From positions 15,810,001-15,874,000 of the forward strand of contig CM060733.1 in NCBI GenBank assembly GCA_030704615.1: DNA of 64,000 nucleotides, given 5' to 3'. Made by a program: the position numbers and the translations under genes. Source of the stretch: Takakia lepidozioides. Its lineage: Eukaryota; Plantae; Bryophyta. The notes under the pieces are model-generated. The model was given only the letters and a program-made list of their open reading frames with translations, was not told the origin of the DNA and made no database searches. Positions within the stretch are counted from its first letter, which is position 1. Every line of letters starts with the position of its first letter. Shown piece after piece: positions 12,842 to 24,565 of this stretch.

Positions 12842-15800
12842 ATGAAAGGCGGGCCCATTAATGAATACGGAAAAAGGGAAACGGAACGAACGGCAAGTAC
12901 AGAAAAGCCGAATTCATGTCGCATGTGTGATCCTAGTGGACTATCCAACAGGGAAAGTCCACTAAAGAAGATAAAAGTTAAAATCCAGTCACAGCAGATA
13001 CAGCCAATAGAAAACCAGAGAAATGATCAAGAAAATGGAGGGAAATTGAGCGCAAGAGGCGGCGTCGTTCTGAGTAACGGGCGTCTCGACAGGACAGGCC
13101 ATAAATGCTATAACTTGGAAACTATGGAGGAACTAACAGACTATACGCTCGCAATATTACTTACGCAGTGGCATAGACACGACGGGACAGAGCAGAGCTT
13201 TTCTCTTGAACAATGCTTGCAAGCCCCGCATGCTTACAAGAAATTATCCATAGCTTTCTGCGGCAACCATACGTTTATGCTTTGTGCACTACAGGCATTC
13301 CTGCAGTTGTTACAGCCAAAGCAGTTCTGTGAGTCTAAAATGAAGAGAGTGAGAGGAATGGAGGAAATCAGGGTGAAGAGCACCACAATTCTGCAGAAAC
13401 AAACGATGGCTACCCCACAGGCGATAAAGATACTGGAGGAGCTGAGATTGGAAGGATTGCAAAGCCTGGATTGGACACTACACCATAGACAGTACATGTT
13501 ACAATTTTTGCAGAACTTTGAGCCAAGGACAGGAACAACAACGGTGAAGGGAGTTGAATTAATGATTACTCCCCTATACCTCCAGCAATTGTTTCGATTG
13601 CCAGCAGGTCAGGTGCATGTGGGGGAACACAGGGCAAGACTGCAAATAGGGGACTTATTCCAAGAAGGGAGTTTCTTTAAAACTCAGGGTTATGCTTGTA
13701 CCAAAGCTGTGTACCCAGGGTTAAAAGAGATAGGCCAGGTATTGAACGTTCTGTTTGCCCTGAAACAGAACCAACAATATTTGAGCAGATCCTTCACAGA
13801 GGAAATACTCAAAGGCCTGAAGGGACAAGAGGTACAATGGGCGGACATAATGTACAACGCACTAGTAGAGGAGATGAAAAGATTACAAGGTACTACCGCA
13901 AAGTCTCCTATCATAGTGTCTGGCCCAATCATTGCTCAAATAATCCTTAATTCTGGCATACTGAATGCACAAGAAAGGAAGGAAATGGGAGTGTTTGAGC
14001 CAGAAACAACTGCAATGGAAGAGCAAGGCTCTTCATACAGTGAGGGTGGACTAGCAGCACAACCCGAGACTAAGAGGCAGAGAAGGGGAAAGACTGTAGT
14101 GGCGGATCCACTGGCTTCACGGATTCCGCATGATAATGTTTCCCAAGCTCATGGCCAGGAAGGGGCACAGCAGCACAGACAAATGCTATTACTGGAAGCA
14201 GGACCTTCAGAGAGGGAGCAGGAAGTTACTTCTGCATCACAGCCAACACAGCCACTTGAACGACTTGTCACAAGGTCACAAGTTATCCATGCAGCTCAAC
14301 CCGAAATAATTGATTTGGAAAGTGAAGGGATAGATATTCCAACTACAGAACAAATAGTGGCAGAAATAGAGAAAGGGGACATTCTCTATGAATGTTCTGG
14401 TCTGGTCAAGGAGACAGAAATTCCAGAGGTGCAACAGTTGCCCAAGGGAAATCCTGAGGTGCATATAATACACACACATGTGTCGGAGGTACCACAGGCG
14501 GAAGGTCATGGCACTGTAGCACCGGTGATAGATGAAGTAGTTCAGGAAGAAAATCCGGTGGGACAATGGCCTGAATGGTTAGTGAGACATCATACTGTTG
14601 AAGATCAGGAGGAACAGCAGCAACCTCACCATGATGACCCTCAACAGGCAATGCTGATGAGTTCCATAGGCAGGACACTTAATTTGTTGGGGACTTATGT
14701 CAAATCCCATGTTCCAATTACCCAATTGACAGCCTTGAAAGAGGAACTCAGGAAGGAGTTTGAGGCTCGACTTGCCACTGAGTGTGCAAACAAGGTCGAT
14801 GAAGAGGTCACTCTCAAGATGAAGCAGGACTTGGGCAATACAGAAATAGCTTTGCAGTTGGCCAAGCAACAATTGATTGAGGCAGGCCGCACAAGACCAG
14901 TTGCACGAAGCACATAAGCAACAGCTATACCAAATGCAGGTGCAGCATGAAAGCAAGTTGCAAGAACTGAATGCACTACATACGGAGTTGCAGACAGTGC
15001 ATAACAGGATGACGATACAATGTGCTACATTTACAACTATGCTTGACCAATCAACAAAAAAAATAAACAGTCAAGCGGAAAAATGTACGAAGGCAGAGGA
15101 AGAGAATGTTGAGCAAATGAAGCTCATTGTCGATATGAAGAATACAATCTGTCGCAATAAAAATACTTTCAAGCAATACAGGCAGATGGAAGCTGATCAA
15201 GAGAAACACATCGTGGAGTTGCAACAAATCATCGTGGCCAATAGAAATGAAATCGCGGTCAGTAACAAGGCTTCGAAGGAAGCCAATAATCTACTTGCTG
15301 CCTATGCGCAATTGGTTGAGCCACAGGCGAAGCGCATGGAGGCTTTACAACAGCAGTTGGAATTGTACAAGCTAAGAGAGGAGCAAACTCTCAGGGGAAC
15401 CACAAGCAGCTTGGTGGATAATAGCCTTATGCAGGTCTGGTTAGCACAAGGGCCAGTAGAGGGCAAAAGCCCACGGAAGCTCACCCAAAGCGAGATGAAT
15501 GAGCTCAGGCTGCAGGTGCAGAACATTGCCACAACTACTATAGACAATGTCTATAGTAGGATAGCAGAGTTACAAGAGGATGTAGACGGACTCCAGACTC
15601 AAGTAGAAGACCTCACTTCAAACATCGACCAAAGAGTCTATATCCCTCAGGACCAGCTAATGGCTTCTTATTTACAAGCCAGAACTTTGGCTTTTCAGTC
15701 TTCACAGGAGGTGCAGGAGATGCCAATGATACAGGAGCCAGTACCACCACCACCACAACAGGTCAGTGTACCAGTAGCTGAACCTGTGGTTACTACAACC

Positions 15801-16876
15801 ACACCACAGCCACCACAGTCGAAGGTATGGGGCAATGCCGCTTTTAACCCACCTAAAACTCCAGCTGCAAGGGAGTACAGCAGGGCTATGCTTATGCCCT
15901 TCAACCAAATTCCCATCATGTTGGATTTGGCTTGGAAAGAATTTAGTCCTCCGCAGTCATTCGCACATTACTACCAAATCATGCGTATTTGGCTGCCAGT
16001 GGCAACTAGGACTAAAGTTCTTCCAAACAATCGACATATTGAAGATCATCACTTTGCACAATACTGGCACGAGGCAGGTACCATGTTGAGGGAATTGGTT
16101 GCTTTCCAGGTTGTACATGGACTCATTTATACCAAGACCAAGGAGATAGCAAGTATTGTCATGGGGTGCGGGCTATACTACGCTGCTTGTTTTCTGGTAC
16201 GTTACCACATTGAGCAACAAAAGATGCAAACATGCTTTCAAAGTTACTCCAGTGGAGATCATTGGGTATTACCTTCGGTGCCACCTCATATGTACCTATA
16301 TGACCCAAAAGTTATGATGCAGAAGGAATTCGTTCATGGTTTCAAGCAGCCTGCAACCATTTGTCAACACAGAAATTCGGACTTGATGACATTTTCTATA
16401 AGGGACATGTGGCATGGAAGTACTTGCACGCTGCACCAGTAATTGGTACCCCACTCATCTGGACAGACAAGGAGCTCAGTGCCTACACCAATTTTGCTGT
16501 TCAGCGGTTACACCAAGTTGTAAAATACAAACTTCCAGACATGGTAGGACAGCATTGTATGCCCCAGATGATTCCACAAAAAGTTCGAAAATTAAAACAC
16601 CTGAGAGGCGATGAGGATTCTGATACAACTGTTTCTTCACAGAATTCTTTTGACATGGGAGAAGACTATGCAATTCAGATGGAAGAGAAGAAACAAAGGG
16701 GATCTCCTATGCCGGAAAGATTACCTCTGCCTCCAGAAGGCCTCACTTATCCAGGTAGTGATCAACCATCTCCATCAACCAGAGACAGACCTCGGGCTCG
16801 TACACACAGTCCACCACGAAACTCTCAACGTCAACAAGGTGCTCACTCACAAAGGTTTGCTACTCGAAAACAGTAA
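12842..16876 (+). pseudogene. Retrotransposon extra ORF (plant mobile domain/Transposase_32-like region, long coiled coil, conserved C-terminal domain) with two frameshifts
   Basis: ORFs 12842-14917, 14877-16442 and 16361-16876. Homologous pieces at 57718-58584 and 48448-49439 read through both frameshift points. The true start is uncertain (about 13340-13406). Confidence 0.75.
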
Positions 16877-16914
16877 ACCGTGAGGACACGGCTTTTTGAG
16901 GGGGGAAGGGGTAA

Positions 16915-17948
16915 TGTTAGAGGACTGTAGGGGACTTAGACACTTATACGGGATCTGTAGGGTACCCTTAATTTTTGCACAGACTGAGACCAACAGGAGC
17001 CTTAGGGGTGACAGCAGCGCACTGTAGAGGGGGGTTACACAGTCAACACAGCCCGTCACAGTCGTCACAGCCCACACAGCCAACACAGCCCGTCACAGTC
17101 GTCACAGCCCACACAGCCAACACAGCCCGTCACAGTCGTCATAGCCCACACAGTCGACACAGCCCACACAGCCGACACAGCCGACACAGTCGTCACAGCA
17201 GACACAGCCCACACAGCCGTCACAGTCGTCACAGCAGACACAGCCTACACAGCCAGTCACAGCCCGGCACAGCCACACAGCCAGTCACAGCCCGACACAG
17301 CCAAACACAGCCAGTCACCGCTTGACACAGCTGTCACGATAATAGGGAACGACTGTGGGGAACAACACCTGTGAAGGGAACATGTTAGTTCACAGACGAC
17401 GGTTAGAGAGGGAAACGGTTAGAACCGCGGATAGGAGGATAAAGGGAGAAACGGGGAATGAAGGAGGATGATCATTATTCGGAGGAGGACTTCTTAGTCA
17501 GTGGGAGCGGAGATCAGAGGAAAAAGCTGGAGAGCACGGTGAAGGAGGAAAGAGGATTAGTAGATGTTTGTTATATGCAAAGCGGTAGTGATATTGTAGA
17601 GCAGATTAGAGACATAATGGCTTCGGCCTGATACCTGATAAATCATAATCTAATACTTACACGATACAATCACACTGTGTAGAGAGATCTGAGTGAAGCT
17701 GTGGATTGAATGGATGAGTGAAGAAAACCGATAGATTGATGAAGCAAACTAATACTTAATTATCAATGGTAAGGTAGCTAAGATGAATGCGAAAAGGGAA
17801 ACAAATAGGAAACACCCCCATGATACACTAGCTGTAGGTCATGACTGATTGTTCTGCGCGGGCTGAGTACTTAGAGATTTCCAACTCTTCTATCTTGGAG
17901 TTTCCGCCTCGGATAGCGAAGGGATGGGTGAGTAAAAGCCGCGCGACA
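16915..17948 (+). repeat. 3' LTR (1034 bp) preceded by a polypurine tract
   Basis: PPT GAGGGGGGAAGGGG at 16898-16911. Ends TGTTAG...GCGCGACA. Homologous to the LTR at 54160-55024. Confidence 0.85.
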
Positions 17949-18699
17949 CCTGCCGCTCACTGCTCTAAGTCCCAGCCCTCTGTTCACGGCTACCGGGATG
18001 GCAACTTTTTAAAAAATTTAACTTTTTGCAAACCCTATAGGCAACTTTTGCAATTTTTTTAAAACCTTTTGCACTCTGCAACAAGTTTTAAAGGTACCAT
18101 GTACTAGCTGTACCCAGTTTCCATTTTACAATGTTGAATGATTCATATTTATGTCCCTACACTCATATGGCCGCACTTAGTTTGACTCCCTTCAATCATA
18201 ATTGTTAAGCTTGCATTGCATTTGGTTTACATTGCAAAGTGTGACGGCCACCTCTTCGTCTTTCCGTGGGCAGATTTCCGAAGTTCATGATTTATTCCGT
18301 TTGCAGTGGAGTACTAACTAAACCCATACACCACAATGTGGAAAGTATAAAATTCCGGTGAAAGTATAGTCAAACTTTTTACTACTTACTTATCCACATT
18401 AATATATAAATAATAAATATGTTGCAGATGCAAGTGCCATGGTTTAAATGGTTGTGTCTGTCAGTTGATTTAGGTAGTCAAAGTCTCTCGCCATTATGGC
18501 CCTGAAATAGTGAAACTATTTCACTATCGTGTACTATGTTGAATGTTTTAATATTATATATGTTTTACTATGGAATGGTCGGGAAAAAAAATGACAACAG
18601 TAAAAAAAAATCGTCAAATTGACAGGTTGAAAAAACCGAGGTGTGTTGTAGTGTACAATGGTATGAACACTTGTCTGTTTTTCAAATCTGTCACAGGTA

Positions 18700-19294
18700 C
18701 ACAAACCACTTAAAGTTTTTCATATATCACCAAAGAAGTGGTACCAATCACTATTGTGTAAGCAACCACTCATGCGCGACCACTAGAATTGTGGTTCCAA
18801 TTAGTGCAGTGTCTTTCACCACCCACTCTCACTGTCAAAGTGGTGCAAATCAATAAGGTGTCTTTAACCACTCAAAGATCAACCTGCACTGTCCCCGTCC
18901 ACGTGGAATATTATATTATATTAATTAAAATAGATTTTCAAATCATAAATCATAAATAAAATTTGAATTAATACACGTGGAGTAGCAAGTGGTTTCGACC
19001 ACTTCCCATCACTGAGGTGTCTATAACCACTCACAATCTACCACTGCACCCATCCACGTGGAATATAATATATATTAATTAAAATATATTACCAAATAAA
19101 AAATAAAAAATAAAAACAAATTATTACACGTGGAATATTGAGTGGTTCAAACCACTTCCAACCATTGTCTGTGATGCCACCGTGGCATTTCATCGGGATT
19201 AACCACTGGCAAGTGGTTATTAGTGGTTTATTGGGTGGAAAAAGATAGTAGTGGTTAAAAGGCCAGTGGTTATTCCGCGTTTTTCTGTGAAGTG
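18700..19294. mobile_element. Possible end of a non-autonomous CACTA-like element
   Basis: Dense ACCACT/AGTGGT subterminal motifs, a ~155-bp duplication with four CACGTGG, and an end ...TTTTTCTGTGAAGTG. No partner end was found. Confidence 0.35.
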
Positions 19295-19296
19295 CA

Positions 19297-20150
19297 ACCA
19301 CATCATGTTTGTGTGCGTTGGCAATGCTTGTGCAAGCCTGGCAGCCCTGGAAAGGAAAAAACGTGGGTCCAGATTCAGTAGTAGCAGCACAATTTATAAA
19401 ATCAAGCACTGCTCATAAAGGTACCTTCTTCAAAACATTTCACCCTGTTTTCCCCTCTTATCGAAATTGTCCTTAAATTTTCATGTTGATTTCTGCAAGT
19501 TACTGGTTGAGTGAACCTTTGATAGTTTGCAATGCGTGTGCAAGACTGACAGCTCTGGAGAAGGGCAAAGAGGTCCATGACGACATTGTCAGAGTTGCAA
19601 TTGTACCACATGTCATTCTGAACAATACCCTCGTGGACATGTATGAAGGGAACAATATGGCTGAACGAGATGTGGTGTCATGGAACTCGATGCTTGCAGG
19701 GTATGCACAACAGGGGCACTGGATGGAGGCTTTGGCATCAGATGTTGTGCTTGGCACACTATGTAAACCCAGTAAGACCAGGGAGAAGTTGAGCAGCTCA
19801 GTCTCAACCCTTTCCTAGTGCCAACAAACTCTGATATGGATTCACGCCAAGAAAGGTCTGGAAGCTGGAAAGCATGTGCACACTCACAAGCATCGCAGGG
19901 TATGCACAGCAGAGACGTGGAATGGTGGATTTGGAGACCTATGATCAAATTATGGGGGAAGGGGTGAAGCCCAACCACATCATGTTTTTGTGTGATTGCA
20001 ATGTTTGTGCAAGCCTGACAGCCCTAGAAAAGGTCAAAAGAGGTCTATGGTGACATTGTCAAAACTGGAATTGTACCAGATGTCATTCTGAACTCTGCCC
20101 TGGTGGACATGTATGCCCAATGTGGGTACATTGAGGATGCAAAACAACGA
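19297..20150 (+). pseudogene. Fragmented PLS-class PPR gene
   Basis: ACARLTALEKGKEVH, LNNTLVDMY, ERDVVSWNSMLAGYAQQG and LVDMYAQCG motifs, interrupted and scrambled. Confidence 0.8.
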
Positions 20151-20710
20151 ACTTATGTGTACTCTGTTTATGTACTGGGTGTGGCAGGGAGGCTTTGGAG
20201 ATTGTGAATGGGTGATGCCTGGTAGGTGAACCTCATGTGTATTCTGATGCCCGTGCCAGTCTTTGAGCACTGAAAAAGAGCAGATGGATCTGTATGTATT
20301 TGTAAGCCTATACGTTCTGATGTGATGTTCTCTGGTTTTATGACAGGAACAAAACAATTGTGAGCAGGAAGTGAAGGGCCATCTCCTATTGGAATTCCTT
20401 AAAATCAGCATAGCTGGGTCTGAATCAAACATCAATGGACTAGGCCTTTCGTCTTCACTAGGTGTTGCTGCTAAACAAATAACCGATTGTGAGAGGGTCC
20501 CTAATCGAATGATGCTTCCAGGTACAGGTGAAGCAGAGGAATACAACATACTATTACATCGCACTTTGAACCTAACTTCCCAGCAAAACGGTGTAGCATC
20601 AACCTCGGTCTGAGAGAGAAAGCCATAGTTCTATAGATCAACGTGATTAATTTTGAAGTTGCACTCTTAGGGTTTAATTCTCCTAAAAAACCCACCAATA
20701 TATTCTTTCA

Positions 20711-20754
<44 letters not shown>

Positions 20755-20772
20755 CCATACATACAAACAACC

Positions 20773-21506
20773 ATGTCAACATCGGAAATAGACGACACAA
20801 TAGACACTGTAACGGACCAACAAATCCAAGAAATAACCCACCAAGACATGACAAACGTGATATACGACAGTTTCACGTCCAATGACCATCATGCCCTAAA
20901 GGTGGGAACACATGGAAGCGTCTGCCCTATAGTATATACTTCCACAGAGCCTTGTGGAACGTCCCTTCAGACCGTGAAGAAATAACAATCTTCATAGGTA
21001 TTGCAAAGTTCCCGTACCTTGGCAAAACCGGGAATTACAGATTCGTGACTTTTGCCGAAGAACTAAAAGACGCAAAATTCACAATATTGATAGAAGACAG
21101 TCATTTCATGTTCGACTACGCAAATACAATAACAGAATGGTTCGATAATTGGAGGAGGAGAGGCGAGGACATGAGGTGGATGGGTGGAAACAACATGAGC
21201 TTCACGAAAAAGCTCCTAAAAAATAACGCAAACAACTCTGGCTCGACGTCTGGTAACAACAAACGTCAAAAAACAAACAACGACGAGATGTACAATACAA
21301 TAGAAGTCCTTAACAAAAATGGCCAAAAAATGGATGGAGAATCAGTACGTTCAGCGGATCTCGTTGCAGTCAAGTGTAATATCCGATATTGGATGAATTT
21401 CCATCACAAGAAACACGGGCTTTCATTCCAATTAAAAAGGGTCAAACTGTTGGCCAAAGCATAAAAGGAGACAGAGTCGAACGACAACAAAAGCATAGCT
21501 TGGTAG
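20773..21506 (+). pseudogene. Disrupted gene resembling T7 gp2.5-type OB-fold ssDNA-binding protein
   Basis: ORFs 20773-20985 and 20952-21464 join by one frameshift. The C-terminal VLNKNGQKMDGESV...VAVKCNIRYW...GLSFQLKRVKLL pattern matches gp2.5-like SSBs by eye. Read-through of the TAA gives the tail KETESNDNKSIAW. Confidence 0.5.
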
Positions 21507-22275
21507 AGCTTAAATTAGACACATCTAAACGTTCCATGTAAGGGCCATCATATTTTATAAAGACCGTCCTCCTTGATCTCCTCTTCAAAAAGTCTACATT
21601 TTGTCCCAATGCATGCTCACAACGGATAATAAAAAAATAGTGATTTATCATAGTCCAAATCTACTTGTTGTACCAAAACGACCCATGGAAAACCCCTCCA
21701 ACTCCCCTCCCCTCCCAATCGGAACTGCGTGACCGATATTTTGGCACGCTGCATTATCCGTACTCTCTCTCATGATCCTTGAGTATGGCCCATCCGTCCG
21801 GACGTCCTTCTCAGAAGTCGTCGCTAGTAGTGCGGAGCAACGCGCGAACCCCTGGTATGATACTAGCACATGCTTAATATGATACTGTCATTCAACAACC
21901 AAGTTGTAGACAACCAAGTTGTAATGGGCACGTACCACCGTGGAATTTGTGGGTTCAATCCACCCTTGGTCTCACAAAGTGTCCACCTTTCTAGGTGAAG
22001 GCAGTAACCCTTGGGGGGTGAAGAGACACCATAATTTATGCTTCCTTCTAGAGGCGTCAAATATTAAATATTATAAATATTGTTATTGGTACTGTCAGTC
22101 TTTTCCTCACAGAAAACTGCATAGCACTTTATCACATAACACCCCAAACATCGCTCAATGGTTAGTAGATCCACGAAGGAACTTAGTGGCTGTGATTCGG
22201 TTGATCTATTCAGTAAACTTGGGATTATGGAAGGAGCCACAAGCAAGGAAATGGCTGCAGTCAAGGCCCTCTTCG

Positions 22276-22935
22276 CTACATGCATCTCTTTGCAATTGTT
22301 AAGAGCAGCCCCTTTTTTAGACATGGGAAGAAGGTGTCGACGGTGACTTCCTCATTGGGGTCTACAAGTGACCATTGTACGCGTCTAACCAGTTGATCCA
22401 GATACACCAACATCTCCGACCGCGCCAACTCATAGCCAAGGCAGCTGTGTATACCTCCTCCAAATGGTATAAACATGTACGGAGGAGGTCCCATACCTTC
22501 GAATCGGGAGGGGTCAAAGTTGCGTGGTTCAGGAAAGTACTCTGGGTCCATGTTGGAGCGATGTGCTGAAGACAACACCTGCGACATAGTGACACAACAT
22601 ACCTATGATTAAGAAGCAGACCGTGCGAGTTACTGTGATATCCGACAATGCTGATTGATTTGGAAGAGTTAGTGACCACTTGAACTGATAAGGTTAAGTG
22701 GTTTTGATCGATGAAGCCCATGAGAAAAAAGTGCTTGGACCGTTGGAGCCCAATATTGAATAGGGACAATGTGAGAATTAGATGCTAGTGGGTGGATCTG
22801 AGCACCTTCCACCCCTTGGGAATTGTAAAGCCATCGAATTCAAAATCGGTAATAACCTCCCGAAAGAGGATTGGCACCACTGGTACTCTGCGCATACTTT
22901 CTTGGATAACGCACCATGTATACTTCATCTGCCTC
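22276..22935 (-). pseudogene. Cytochrome P450, CYP85 clan (CYP716/718-like); only the last two exons were found
   Basis: MKYTW..QESMR (ExxR) and IPKGWK, then phase-0 intron 22579-22805, then FDPSRF and the heme motif FGGGIHSCLG with a normal stop. No upstream exons were recognised. Confidence 0.85.
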
Positions 22936-24035
22936 GTTTTGTGGGCTTTCGAAGCTTTGCTTCCGTGGGCTCGACATGACAAGAGGGAGAGGGAAACATG
23001 GGAGATTTTGTGAGAAACCAGCTACGGCGAGATACTATCGCTCCTCACTGAGACGATCTCAGAGAGCCAAAATGGGCTCTTTTGCTCGCCGAGCTGATCT
23101 TCCTACTTGTTTTTCACGGGGTGCAAGCTTTCGGGCTTTTGGGACACCTTCTCTTTGGAATATGCTCAACTTGGGGCATGCATATGAGGTAAGGTGCTTC
23201 TCTGAGAGCCTCTGATGTTCCATCTCGTTCATAGAAAAGATGGAAATCAACAGAATCGACAACCACAAAGTTTTGTGGTGGTTTCTATTGGACAGCCCAT
23301 CTCTTGAACCCATTTGTAATTCACAACAACACAACGGGCTTCAAATGACATGTCTACCCGACAATAATTCGCATAAGTCGAGTAGCAGTCGAATCAGCAG
23401 TGAAAAGTGACCTTTTCTAGACATACTGCGATGTATAAAAGTGTCGAACTCGTGTTGAGGAAGGGTTGAGGACCAGCAACGTCACTAAACTTAAGGCACC
23501 TACAAGGTTGATATTATGAATGGCTTGCAGATACAAATAGGACAGTTGGTAATTTCTTGTTGTATGTACGCGGATAGAATTGGATGTCCAGTCTAGTTTG
23601 GTTTATAAGCCACTTGGGAAAGCAGACATAACATTCGTATTATTGCTATGGCTATAGTTATGTTCCGGTCCCCCTGTGCTGTAATAAGCATATAGGCCTG
23701 CATAATTTGATTTCTTAGAAGTAAAGAATGTGGAGTAGTTCAAGAAGACTATTCAAAAGAGCTGCTGTCACAGGAACGCTTTAAGTTCCCAGTTCATTAA
23801 GTTCAGTTGATTTGATTACATGTTTTTGTGTTGTTGGAAGTGGGTGCGAGCACTCAATTGCACAGTCCAGACGCGAAGATGGTGACACATCGTGCACGAT
23901 GACTACTCTTGTATGTTTGTTTCCTTTTTGTGCCCCTCTCTCGTGCTGTAGCTACTGACGTCGAGGTAAGTTGAATGAGTACATTTGGCTAAATGGAGGT
24001 TGATGACTGCACACTGCACACTCCAGCTTCAAGTC

Positions 24036-24116
24036 GGTATTGGGGACCAGCCTCTCATAAGAGCTCGTATGAGAGGCTGGTCCCCAATACCTCTCATACG
24101 AGCCTCTCATACGAGC
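24036..24116. repeat. 56-bp palindrome followed by two 13-bp direct repeats of its arm
   Basis: GGTATTGGGGACCAGCCTCTCATA-AGAGCTCG-TATGAGAGGCTGGTCCCCAATACC, then CTCTCATACGAGC twice. Confidence 0.9.
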
Positions 24117-24565
24117 TGACCATGTTGACAAGGTGTCTTTGAAAATTGTGACATTTTAACAAATGCATGGTGTAGCCCTGCCCTTCAATCATCTCACAGT
24201 AAGGTTCCTATTCCAAATAAGGGTCCTATCAATCCATCTAGAAACAATCATCCAGCAACATTGGTCCCTTAAAAGCTGGTCCGTAACAAACAAGTAGGGA
24301 GAAACCATTGCGTATTCTCTGCATGTCAAATGATTCACGTATGAAAATTATACTAAGTACTCCAATCCCAATACTACCTATGAATATACTAATCCAAACC
24401 CAATACTACAATTACGTATTATTTACGTACGAAAATACTACTCCAAACCCAATATTACTTGCAGTCCCACACTTCCAAGAATTCAAACCCAGTGTCGTGG
24501 GGAAAGAACGGCAAAGTCGTATTTGGGAACTCAAGTTCTATCCGAAGAGAATGAAGTCGAGGAGT

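Larger units (their letters stand above)
10088..17948 (+). mobile_element. 5'-truncated Ty3/Gypsy LTR retrotransposon (Athila/Tat-like) with a large extra ORF after pol
   Basis: Order is RT-RNaseH-integrase, extra ORF, PPT, then a TG...CA LTR. Confidence 0.9.

Noticed and set aside
17949-17990. Short inverted LTR-start-like sequence (CTAAGTCCCAGCCCTCT) after the 3' LTR, suggesting a DIRS-like structure
   Set aside because: Only about 18 matching bases with a gap, and the element has a DDE integrase, PPT and direct LTRs.
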